From: a virus
Lineage: Duplodnaviria > Caudoviricetes
IMG/VR virus record: IMGVR_UViG_3300012352_000388
Location: 1 to 40,658 of that record
DNA length: 40,658 bases
Reading direction: 5' to 3' (one strand)
In this document: positions 1 through 7,118 of the stretch, piece by piece
Layout of the letters: each line of letters starts with the position of its first letter
How positions within the stretch are numbered: the first letter of the stretch is position 1
Position numbers and translations under genes: made by a program
The notes under the pieces: model-generated
Told to the model about the DNA's origin: nothing
Database searches by the model: none
Seen by the model: only the letters and a program-made list of their open reading frames with translations

Positions 1-14
1 GATGGGAGTTGCTA

Positions 15-113
15 ATGTGTGACCACGACTACCAAATTGTTGAGATGGTGGCCAGACAATATGTCAGAGCCGTGTGCAACTATTGTGGCGATGAGATTGA
101 GCAGGTATCATAA
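15..113 (+). CDS. 32-aa micro zinc-finger protein (CxH...CxxC)
   Basis: Manual translation MCDHDYQIVEMVARQYVRAVCNYCGDEIEQVS; its TAA overlaps the next ATG (TAATG); too short for the ORF track. Confidence 0.6.
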   Translation: MCDHDYQIVEMVARQYVRAVCNYCGDEIEQVS

Positions 114-349
114 TGTCAGAGGCTACAGATACAATTGCTCCTATGATGATTGAATGCCCTAACCACGAAGGTGGATTTGACTGTAGTTCCTTTTGCAACG
201 TTTGCGAAGGTGACCAAGAATACGAGTGGACCCCGTTCCGCATGTGTATCTATTGTGGAGACGCAATTGAACACGATGTCTGGTTTACAGAACTAGGAAT
301 GTGTGTTGACTGTTCAAACAAATACTACAACCATGAGGAGATGGACTAA
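113..349 (+). CDS. Cys-rich acidic hypothetical protein (several CxxC pairs)
   Basis: 78-aa ORF, TAATG-coupled on both sides. Confidence 0.75.
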   Translation: MSEATDTIAPMMIECPNHEGGFDCSSFCNVCEGDQEYEWTPFRMCIYCGDAIEHDVWFTELGMCVDCSNKYYNHEEMD

Positions 350-543
350 TGCCAAAGTTTTATGTTGAGATGAGAATTGATTTCTCTGGAGAGATTGAAG
401 CAGACTCTGCCGAGCAGGCGGAGCAAAAAGCTTGGGAATCTTGGGGAGACACCATGGATTCAGACATAACCTACGACGGTGTATACAGCATTGAAGTAGA
501 AGAAGTCGAAGAAGATGAGGAGGATGAAGATGACGAAGAGTAA
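349..543 (+). CDS. Highly acidic small hypothetical protein
   Basis: 64-aa ORF with upstream GAGGAG; poly-D/E C-terminus. Confidence 0.8.
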   Translation: MPKFYVEMRIDFSGEIEADSAEQAEQKAWESWGDTMDSDITYDGVYSIEVEEVEEDEEDEDDEE

Positions 544-703
544 ACTAAATAAACTAATCAAGCAATATTCAGCTGAATTGCATGAAGAGTACATAGAATC
601 CCATCGCTACAATTTTGACGCAGGCTACTATAGGGACCTACTATCGGAGCTAATTGACAAACTTGACAATCTAGAAAGAGAGTCACGTCCTATATTTTCA
701 TAG
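530..703 (+). CDS. Hypothetical protein (start could be 515, 524 or 530)
   Basis: ORF track 515..703; GAGGAGG upstream of ATG 530. Confidence 0.6.
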   Translation: MTKSKLNKLIKQYSAELHEEYIESHRYNFDAGYYRDLLSELIDKLDNLERESRPIFS

Positions 704-713
704 GGGTATGAAA

Positions 714-741
714 CGTCCTGGCCATGACGAAAAACTGGCCA
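714..741 (+). ncRNA. Small H-type pseudoknot-like 3' element, copy 1
   Basis: CGTCCTGGCCATGACGAAAAACTGGCCA: CGTC/GACG and TGGCCA/TGGCCA stems interleave; covarying copy at 21718-21743. Confidence 0.55.
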
Positions 742-745
742 CTTT

Positions 746-761
746 TCTGGGCCGCCCACAT
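746..761 (+). repeat. GC box TCTGGG(G)SCGNCCACAT, copy 1
   Basis: TCTGGGCCGCCCACAT; related copies at 1944-1959 and 5019-5035. Confidence 0.7.
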
Positions 762-782
762 CTGCGATCGAATGTCAACTAT

Positions 783-808
783 TTACGATGGCTTTAAGAT
801 GTCCCCGA
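783..808 (+). promoter_or_regulatory. Bipartite motif TTACGA-N13-TCCCCGA
   Basis: Same spacing as the copies at 1993, 5075, 5141 and 5529. Confidence 0.65.
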
Positions 809-826
809 AATGTTTGCTAAATAGAG

Positions 827-855
827 TTGACATTGTCGGTGGTATCCTGTAAAAT
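827..855 (+). promoter_or_regulatory. SigA/sigma70-type promoter
   Basis: TTGACA-17 nt-TAAAAT upstream of the DUF932 gene. Confidence 0.8.
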
Positions 856-895
856 AATACTATAACTAATCACCCCTAAAGAAAGTTGGCTCCCC

Positions 896-1906
896 ATGGC
901 TCACGAACTAGAATCAGACGCAAACGGAAACACCGCTTTCGCTTCATTGCGAGAGCCAGCATGGCATGGACTTGGAACAGTCTTTAGCGAAGAAGTCACT
1001 ACCCAGAAAATGCTAAAGTTGGCACACCTTGACAACTGGAATGTTCGTCTTGAAGATGTTGCTACCCCAGAGGGCTTCAACTCAGACAAGACCTATTCTT
1101 TCGTTACCCGAACTAACCCATTCGACAAGACCCAGAACGACATTCTTGGCGTTGTTGGTGAACGCTACAAGGTTCTTCAGAACGAGGACTTGTTCTCATT
1201 CGGTGATAACATTCTAGACGGTGGTGGTCGTTGGGAAACTGCTGGTTCTATCAAGAACGGTCGTCAGGTATTCGGCTCACTTGCTCTCGAGCGTGAAACT
1301 ATCCTAGACCCGAATGGCGTGTCAGATAAAATCAACACCTATCTTCTAATCAACACCTCTCACGATGGTTCAGTTGCTATTCAGGCTTCTATCACACCTG
1401 TTCGTGTTGTATGTGCTAACACTCTAAACCTTGCTCTTGGCTCTAACCGAAAAGGTCCTAAGCAGTCTTTCAAGATTCGTCACACCCAGACAGCAGAGGG
1501 CAAGATTGCCGTTGCTCGTGAGGCTCTTGGCTTGGCTAACAAATACATGGACGAGTTTGACCTAATGGCTAAGGCTATGATTGAAAAGACGATTACCGAT
1601 AAGCAGTTCGAGGACATCATTGCTCTTGCTTACCCTGCCCCAGCAAAAGACGCTAAGGGTTCACAGAAAAAGTATGACGGCAAGATTGACTTGATTCAGT
1701 CTATCTATCGTGGCAACCAAAACGGAATGATTGCTGGAACTGCTTGGGGTGCTTTGAACGGACTAACCGAGCGTCTAGACTGGTATCGCAACTCTCGTGG
1801 TGGCTCTAACGAATCTATCTTGGCTTCGGCTTCAGGCTTTGACCCAATGGTGAACGCCGAGAAGAACCGTCTGCTAAAGATTGTTCAGCAAGTCGCTATG
1901 GCATAA
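896..1906 (+). CDS. DUF932 family phage/plasmid-like protein (TIGR03299-like)
   Basis: MAHELE...REPAWHGLG, LGVVGERYKVLQN, ETAGSIKNGR, NTSHDGS, TPVRVVCANTL, GTAWGALN motifs. Confidence 0.9.
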   Translation: MAHELESDANGNTAFASLREPAWHGLGTVFSEEVTTQKMLKLAHLDNWNVRLEDVATPEGFNSDKTYSFVTRTNPFDKTQNDILGVVGERYKVLQNEDLFSFGDNILDGGGRWETAGSIKNGRQVFGSLALERETILDPNGVSDKINTYLLINTSHDGSVAIQASITPVRVVCANTLNLALGSNRKGPKQSFKIRHTQTAEGKIAVAREALGLANKYMDEFDLMAKAMIEKTITDKQFEDIIALAYPAPAKDAKGSQKKYDGKIDLIQSIYRGNQNGMIAGTAWGALNGLTERLDWYRNSRGGSNESILASASGFDPMVNAEKNRLLKIVQQVAMA

Positions 1907-1917
1907 GCGACACGCCT

Positions 1918-1945
1918 GGTCCCTGGCTTGACAAAGCTGGGGATC
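1918..1945 (+). terminator. Hairpin after DUF932 with TTGACAAA at the apex (terminator-like, no U-tract)
   Basis: GGTCCCTGGCTT-GACA-AAGCTGGGGATC, 12-bp stem including G-U pairs. Confidence 0.5.
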
Positions 1946-1959
1946 TGGGGCGGCCACAT
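1944..1959 (+). repeat. GC box, copy 2
   Basis: TCTGGGGCGGCCACAT. Confidence 0.7.
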
Positions 1960-1991
1960 TCTAAGTAGTATAACAACTCATTATAAATTCA

Positions 1992-2032
1992 ATTACGATA
2001 GGCTTGACATTTTCCCGATTCTATGAGAAAAT
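1992..2032 (+). promoter_or_regulatory. Promoter carrying the bipartite motif
   Basis: ATTACGA-taggc-TTGACA-tt-TTCCCGA-ttctatga-GAAAAT; the -35 lies between the two half-motifs, 17-nt spacer. Confidence 0.65.
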
Positions 2033-2066
2033 AGAGTATTCGATAACCCCAAACGAAAGGCCTATC

Positions 2067-2564
2067 ATGGGTACACGCAATCTAACAGTTGTAAAGAATG
2101 CAGATGGAGAAATCCGTGTTGCACAGTATGGACAATGGGATGGCTATCCATCTTACACAGGTGCAGGGATTATTAGTTTTCTATCTGACTCACAGAATGT
2201 TGACTACCTAAAGGCTGGCATTGAGTTTACCCGTTTCATTACGGATGAGGAATGTGATTCCATTTACGAGGAAGTTACGAACCGTGCAGGAGTAGAAGCT
2301 TTCAAAGAATCATACCCTTCACTCACCAGGGACCCAGGCTGGGAGATTATTAAGATAGTGTCAGAGAAGACCAATGTCCCCCTTGTAAACTCTATTGACT
2401 TCGCAGCGGATGAGTTATGGTGTGAGGGATATTATGAGATTGACTTCCAGACTAATAAGTTTATTAGCAAGTACAATGGCATTACGGAAGAGTATTCGAT
2501 CTCGGGATTGCCAATGGTAGAAGACTATGTAAAAAGTTTCGAAAAAGACTTGACAAACGCATAG
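2067..2564 (+). CDS. Conserved phage hypothetical protein (MGTR...YxQWDGYP type)
   Basis: GAAAGG RBS before ATG 2067; the ORF-track start at 2004 lies inside the promoter. Confidence 0.8.
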   Translation: MGTRNLTVVKNADGEIRVAQYGQWDGYPSYTGAGIISFLSDSQNVDYLKAGIEFTRFITDEECDSIYEEVTNRAGVEAFKESYPSLTRDPGWEIIKIVSEKTNVPLVNSIDFAADELWCEGYYEIDFQTNKFISKYNGITEEYSISGLPMVEDYVKSFEKDLTNA

Positions 2565-2578
2565 CAACCTGTCATAAT
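2550..2578 (+). promoter_or_regulatory. SigA-type promoter
   Basis: TTGACA-17-CATAAT with extended TG. Confidence 0.7.
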
Positions 2579-2606
2579 AGATATAACCTCAAAGAACGGA
2601 AACCCC

Positions 2607-3152
2607 ATGCACGTTTTACAATGGATTGCTGTAAAGAACCCAAACTCATTTGAAAGTGAAGAGCTGGATTCCTGTAAGGAAGAAGCATTCGATATCGTCA
2701 AGGCCAAGTTTGAAGAAATGTATTCAGAATCAGAGGGTCTTGGTGGCTGGTCTGACTGGTATATTGTTGGTGGCGGTAGATACAATGAGAACCCTGATAG
2801 CCAGTATAAAGAAGATGACCACTCTATGGTTATCTCATATGGTGCAGAGCCTGATAAGTTTATTGAAACTGTCAATCGTGCTATCGAATCTCGTAAGATT
2901 GAGTTTGCTGGATACCGCCAAAGGTATGAGGCAAGCAATGTAGATATCAATGCTAAGTTAGATAGTTATGACGGTATCACAGACTACTCGTTCGACCTCT
3001 ATGAACTCAACAAGATGATTGACATGTTGCAAGGCAAATGGGATATGAACTCATACTTCTATGACCTGCACAACTGGTCAACCAACCCTAAGTTTATGCT
3101 TGACAACGTTGATGATTCATGGTATCTTATACCTGTAGACTTCCACTTCTAA
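2607..3152 (+). CDS. Acidic phage hypothetical protein (WSDWYIVGGGRY...VDFHF type)
   Basis: 181-aa ORF downstream of a promoter. Confidence 0.8.
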   Translation: MHVLQWIAVKNPNSFESEELDSCKEEAFDIVKAKFEEMYSESEGLGGWSDWYIVGGGRYNENPDSQYKEDDHSMVISYGAEPDKFIETVNRAIESRKIEFAGYRQRYEASNVDINAKLDSYDGITDYSFDLYELNKMIDMLQGKWDMNSYFYDLHNWSTNPKFMLDNVDDSWYLIPVDFHF

Positions 3153-3161
3153 GGAGACCCC

Positions 3162-3335
3162 ATGTTTGACCTACATAGTTTTGACCGTATTTGTAAAGCC
3201 CTAGCAGATGACCTTGTTCAAATGCATAAAGATACTGCCATTGAGTTGGAGTATTGGGAGAATGCTCGTTTGTTCGTTGAGAAGTTTTATAACGTTAGAA
3301 CTATCGTTGTGATTGGAGACAAGAAGAATGTCTAA
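3162..3335 (+). CDS. 57-aa hypothetical protein
   Basis: AAGGAG RBS; MFDLHSFDRICKALADDLVQMH...; fills the gap between neighbours; absent from the ORF track. Confidence 0.7.
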   Translation: MFDLHSFDRICKALADDLVQMHKDTAIELEYWENARLFVEKFYNVRTIVVIGDKKNV

Positions 3336-3744
3336 GTTTTATACCTATCAGTCTTGGTTTGATACCTTCAAGCCAATCACTAATAGTATTCGTAATAATG
3401 GGGACTTCCCCTTCGAGACCTATGGTGATGAGATGGAGTTTGTTCGTAACTATGACCCTAAGTTTATCTGGACTGAAGTAGATGGCGAGGGTGGTACTTA
3501 CATCACTGCTGGCTATCACTATGTGAATCGTATCCAGTACTACATCACTGAGAATCCTTGGGAAGATGAGTACACAGAGGTTCCTACTTGGGTATACCGT
3601 GACTGTGATTGCCGTACCGAAGAAACAGATTGGGAAGCAGACCCTGAATGTACAGAATGTGATGAAGGAATGATTGACATTGACTGTGACTCTGTGGTAG
3701 CATTGAAGGACATCTACGGAGAAGAGGCCCCAATTGTTAGTTAA
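3328..3744 (+). CDS. Acidic hypothetical protein with C-terminal CxC...CxxC
   Basis: GGAG RBS before ATG 3328; FETYGDE...WTEVDGE...GYHYVNRIQY. Confidence 0.8.
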   Translation: MSKFYTYQSWFDTFKPITNSIRNNGDFPFETYGDEMEFVRNYDPKFIWTEVDGEGGTYITAGYHYVNRIQYYITENPWEDEYTEVPTWVYRDCDCRTEETDWEADPECTECDEGMIDIDCDSVVALKDIYGEEAPIVS

Positions 3745-4003
3745 GAAATACACCCTGCTAATTGACCCACAGTGGGAGAAAGAACTGATTGAGAAGTTCT
3801 ACAACCACGTAGAGGCTGGAGAAGTCTTCCAACTGCTAGACGAGGATGAAGTAGAAATCTGTGATGACTGTCAAGTTTATCTTACTTCAGACACAGAGGT
3901 AATTATGGACGTGTTTAGATGTCCAGACCAGCAAGAGTTTTGTTTGAACTGCTGTGGTTGTGATGACCACGATACCAAGAAGGATGGCCTATACTATGTC
4001 TAA
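3734..4003 (+). CDS. Cys-rich hypothetical protein
   Basis: 89-aa ORF, TTG start, overlaps both neighbours; CDDC...C...CLNCCGCDDH. Confidence 0.7.
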   Translation: MLVKKYTLLIDPQWEKELIEKFYNHVEAGEVFQLLDEDEVEICDDCQVYLTSDTEVIMDVFRCPDQQEFCLNCCGCDDHDTKKDGLYYV

Positions 4004-4346
4004 TGAATTTGACTATGACCTAAACATCTTCCAGCGTGAATTGGAGGTGGGACTCGACGCAGATGCATTCCCTATCTATGAGTACAGTGGCCCATGGTAC
4101 ATTCACATCTATCAGGTCAATGCATACCAAGGAGCAACAGTGCACGAAGAGTACGGGGAACCGATCGAGCTGACTCCTAGTGAGACTAATAATCTAATCA
4201 TCAATGACCCATACTTTCAAGACCACGAACCAGACCTATGGTATGGCCTGGATGGCTTCCTTGCTGATAAGGATGACATGCTAAGCGACAGGTTACGTGC
4301 CATCTTCTATGGGTTACCTGCCTATCCTGAAGAGGTATTGTTCTAA
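3996..4346 (+). CDS. Acidic hypothetical protein
   Basis: Likely start MSNEF at 3996 overlapping the upstream stop. Confidence 0.75.
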   Translation: MSNEFDYDLNIFQRELEVGLDADAFPIYEYSGPWYIHIYQVNAYQGATVHEEYGEPIELTPSETNNLIINDPYFQDHEPDLWYGLDGFLADKDDMLSDRLRAIFYGLPAYPEEVLF

Positions 4347-4378
4347 CGGTACCCCTCGATTTGAGATATAATTGATGT

Positions 4379-4505
4379 ATAACTAAATAGACTTGGTGGG
4401 TTGAGACTACTCCTCGCCATAGCACAGAGACTAAGGGGTTGGTTGTCTGTGCAAAGCAGGGGGGAAGTTAGGTAATAAAACGCTTGACTTCCCCCTCTAG
4501 TTTTG
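4379..4505 (+). ncRNA. Candidate three-hairpin small RNA
   Basis: TATAAT at 4367-4372; stems TGGTGGG/CTCGCCA, GCACAGA/TCTGTGC, GGGGGAAGTTA/TGACTTCCCCC then TTTT; no credible ORF. Confidence 0.55.
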
Positions 4506-4512
4506 ATACAAT
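4484..4512 (+). promoter_or_regulatory. SigA-type promoter
   Basis: TTGACT-17-TACAAT with extended TG. Confidence 0.75.
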
Positions 4513-4540
4513 GATTGAGTATAACTGAATAGGAAACACA

Positions 4541-4732
4541 ATGCCCAGAAAAGAATCGGTAGAGGAAAAACTGGCAGAGAGAATAAGCAAGTTGATAAAT
4601 GACCTGACAATAGACATTGAGCAACTAGGAATCTATTTTGCCAGAACGAATAACATAACATACCGTAGGCTACAAGAAATCGCAGAATCCGCTAAATACG
4701 AAAAGGAAGAAAATGGCAACCACATTCGATAA
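4541..4732 (+). CDS. Hypothetical protein
   Basis: 63-aa ORF with AGGA RBS after a promoter. Confidence 0.75.
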   Translation: MPRKESVEEKLAERISKLINDLTIDIEQLGIYFARTNNITYRRLQEIAESAKYEKEENGNHIR

Positions 4733-4976
4733 CAAGGCAAGTATCCTTGCTGACCTATGGCTCAACTACAAGCAAGATGATGAGTTTGCTGACTTCATTG
4801 AGTATAACGACATTGGCTTGCCACTTGCCTATGCTATCGCAAATGACATTGTCAAGACTACACCCGTTGCTACTCGCTTTATCGAGGAATCGTTTGACCT
4901 GTTGCTTGCTGGTCTTGGCTTCGAGGACTTGACATTCGAGGACTTAGACGAGTTGCTGGGTAGCGTTGATGAGTAG
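4713..4976 (+). CDS. Acidic hypothetical protein
   Basis: 87-aa ORF, AAGGA RBS; FIEYNDIGLPLAY motif. Confidence 0.8.
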   Translation: MATTFDNKASILADLWLNYKQDDEFADFIEYNDIGLPLAYAIANDIVKTTPVATRFIEESFDLLLAGLGFEDLTFEDLDELLGSVDE

Positions 4977-4997
4977 CCTATAAAAAGAATCTGGATT

Positions 4998-5019
4998 AGC
5001 CCTTGACAAAAGGGCTTTT
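4998..5019 (+). terminator. Intrinsic terminator-like hairpin with TTGACAAA at the apex
   Basis: AGCCCTT-GACAA-AAGGGCT followed by TTT. Confidence 0.65.
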
Positions 5020-5035
5020 CTGGGGGCGACCACAT
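5019..5035 (+). repeat. GC box, copy 3
   Basis: TCTGGGGGCGACCACAT. Confidence 0.7.
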
Positions 5036-5073
5036 ATTTTGAGCTTTGTCAAGCATGTACTATATACAAAGAC

Positions 5074-5664
5074 ATTACGAAGATCAAATATTTTTCCAGA
5101 TTCATGGCATATCATAAGATATCCTATTTGTCAAATAAGATTACGATAGATCATTATTTTTCCAGATTCAGAGGTATAATAGATACATGAGCCCAAGACA
5201 CTTTAGCAAAGCTATGTCATCAAAGACATACAATAAAGACTTCAAAGATAAGCTACAACCAGGTATGAACCTATGGTTTGCTTTCTTCTCTGTTACTGGT
5301 ATAGATAAGACTATCACTAGGTTCTTTGTATTTACCCCAGATGTAATTACTAATCATCCTGTTAAGGATCTGGACAAAGTCCAGGGTACAAAATAGATTA
5401 CGATCTATAGCAACTTTCCCCCTAGTAGTAATAACACATAGCTCTGATATCTTATTACGAAGCTATCTAAATTATCCCTGAAAGTCTATATGTTTTGACA
5501 AATAAGATATCTGTTTGTTTAAATAACATTACGATATGGCTATATTTTTCCATATTTTTATATAACATTTTGGTAACAAGTATTGACATTTGGACTGTTA
5601 TGTGTATATAAACATATCCCAATTTGAGAAAGGGACCGAAGAATCTGCGGAAAAAGTATTACGA
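5074..5664 (+). repeat. Cluster of six ATTACGA sites, five followed 13-14 nt later by a TYCC-containing half-site
   Basis: ATTACGA at 5074, 5140, 5397, 5454, 5528, 5658; second halves TTCCAGA, TTCCAGA, TCCCCCT, TCCCTGA, TTCCATA. Confidence 0.8.
5187..5396 (+). CDS. Leaderless hypothetical protein
   Basis: TATAAT (5175-5180), 6 nt, then ATG; 69 aa. Confidence 0.6.
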   Translation: MSPRHFSKAMSSKTYNKDFKDKLQPGMNLWFAFFSVTGIDKTITRFFVFTPDVITNHPVKDLDKVQGTK

Positions 5665-5760
5665 AGCCGAATATTATGTGCTCCATTATCCATATCTTCT
5701 TAACAAATCTCTCTTATACGCTATATCCATATATAATCAGTAACATCTTATTCATCAATA

Positions 5761-5791
5761 TGTGGATAAATCTGTGGATAACTGTGTATAA
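5761..5791 (-). promoter_or_regulatory. Three tandem DnaA boxes
   Basis: TGTGGATAA 5761-5769, TGTGGATAA 5773-5781, TGTGTATAA 5783-5791, i.e. TTATCCACA x2 and TTATACACA on the minus strand, all matching TTWTNCACA. Confidence 0.75.
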
Positions 5792-5845
5792 CTCAGGGGT
5801 AGATAAGTCTCTTCATCTGAGGTCATATGGGGTTATACTTGATGT

Positions 5846-5968
5846 ATGTGGATATTCAGCTATGTCAAGAATAGAATCAAATGTGCTATGGGTAAACACT
5901 TCGTAGCCTACATAGTCTTGAATCCTGTCAGACAAGCTTTCTGTCTTAATTGCAATAAGGATCTATAG
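5846..5968 (+). CDS. Leaderless 40-aa micro zinc-finger protein (C..GxH...CxxC)
   Basis: TATACT (5834-5839), 6 nt, then ATG; MWIFSYVKNRIKCAMGKHFVAYIVLNPVRQAFCLNCNKDL. Confidence 0.6.
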   Translation: MWIFSYVKNRIKCAMGKHFVAYIVLNPVRQAFCLNCNKDL

Positions 5969-6091
5969 CCATACGATTGTTTATGAGCTTAAACAATCAT
6001 AAGGACCATGTATTCTTACTAGGGGTTATGTCTTATACTAGGGTTAATGTGTATCACTTCTTATCCCCCGAAAATTTGATACAATTGTTTA

Positions 6092-6664
6092 ATGACCAAT
6101 TCATTCTATATCTACAGCTTCCCTCGATCAGGTAGCCACTATCTCCAAGCACTTTTGAGATCTAGGCTGCAAGCCAATGTCAGAAGGTCCCATAGCCTAG
6201 CAGACTATAGTCAAGACCAGCATCTGGTGTCTGTAGTAAGAAGCCCTCTTGAAGCTATCACTTCAGACGCAGTAATAGGAATGTCCTACAGAGGGTATGA
6301 CCCAGAGACTGTATTGCCAAAGGTTGTAGATACACTCACTAGATCGTACATAAAAGTCTTAACAGATATTTACGAGCAATCCTCTATCATCATAGACTTC
6401 GAAGACCTTGTCTCAAGGCCAGACGACGTAGCTAATTACATATCTTCAATGGTTGGTACTGAGATAGTTAATCAAGGTGAAGAGATTATAATCAATGCTC
6501 AAACCATCACTAATGGTAGTCCAGACTTCTGCCCCTCTGCAAAAGAGCTTCCTCTTTACGAAACAATAAGTAATCTTATGTCTGTAGCAGGTGTATCCGA
6601 AAGAGCCTACGAGGTGTACAACCTTGCCCTATCCAAAGCAATTGCTATAGATACTCAGATATAA
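6092..6664 (+). CDS. Sulfotransferase-like protein
   Basis: 5'-PSB loop SFPRSGSHYL, 3'-PB VVRSPLEAITS, IIDFEDLV; leaderless (TGA-TACAAT, 6 nt, ATG). Confidence 0.7.
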   Translation: MTNSFYIYSFPRSGSHYLQALLRSRLQANVRRSHSLADYSQDQHLVSVVRSPLEAITSDAVIGMSYRGYDPETVLPKVVDTLTRSYIKVLTDIYEQSSIIIDFEDLVSRPDDVANYISSMVGTEIVNQGEEIIINAQTITNGSPDFCPSAKELPLYETISNLMSVAGVSERAYEVYNLALSKAIAIDTQI

Positions 6665-7118
6665 GTTCGATAGACTTTAAGTCCCCCTGTGGGACCCACC
6701 AGGCATCTGGTCTGCCATTCCCTGGGTTGCTGTAGTACTTATCTTGCTTAGCATACTGTCCAGGAATGAATCCCTTTATGTCATAGGTAGGTGCTTCACC
6801 TGTTACTAGGACATAGGTATGGTCTGTCTGGTCTGGTGCTCTTACGATAAGTCTATAGTTGTCTTGGCTTGCCCATCGTACCTGGATCTTTTCAGATACA
6901 TCTGCCCCTTTAAAACCTTTGCCAGCCCCTGCACTGTAATATAGGTTCAATGCCTTGGAGACAGCTAATTCTGCTCCGTAGCCTTCGATGTTCTCTGTCC
7001 AGCCATTGCCTGTAAAGCCATGTTGGTTCTTACGGTTATGCTTAATGGCATCAATACCACGATGTACCGCTACAGCAGCTGCCATAGCTATTTCTTCTAA
7101 GCTTAGTGTTATCTTCAT
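6645..7118 (-). CDS. Hypothetical protein, possible PD-(D/E)XK nuclease-like fold
   Basis: 157 aa; GxxAElAV...GADV...IQVRW pattern; GAGGA RBS. Confidence 0.6.
   Translation of the reverse strand: MKITLSLEEIAMAAAVAVHRGIDAIKHNRKNQHGFTGNGWTENIEGYGAELAVSKALNLYYSAGAGKGFKGADVSEKIQVRWASQDNYRLIVRAPDQTDHTYVLVTGEAPTYDIKGFIPGQYAKQDKYYSNPGNGRPDAWWVPQGDLKSIELISEYL

Noticed and set aside
901-4624. Minus-strand and alternate-frame ORFs in the early block (for example 2525..2950, 3301..3753, 4201..4425, 4343..4624)
   Set aside because: They overlap better-supported + strand genes or the structured RNA candidate and lack start signals
5074-5554. Minus-strand ECF sigma promoters (GGAA...CGTAA)
   Set aside because: The GGAA to CGT distance is 14 nt, shorter than the roughly 18 nt of SigH/SigR-type promoters, and the + strand -10 alignment fits better; not fully excluded
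5074-5664. CRISPR array interpretation of the ATTACGA repeats
   Set aside because: Conserved parts are only 6-7 nt and split, spacing is irregular (57-257 nt), one interval holds an ORF, and no cas genes are present
5847-5855. Fourth DnaA-like box TGTGGATAT
   Set aside because: One mismatch and it coincides with the first codons of ORF 5846..5968
5676-5906. 76-aa ORF across the DnaA boxes
   Set aside because: No RBS or leaderless promoter, low-complexity composition, and it overlaps a better-supported leaderless ORF at 5846..5968
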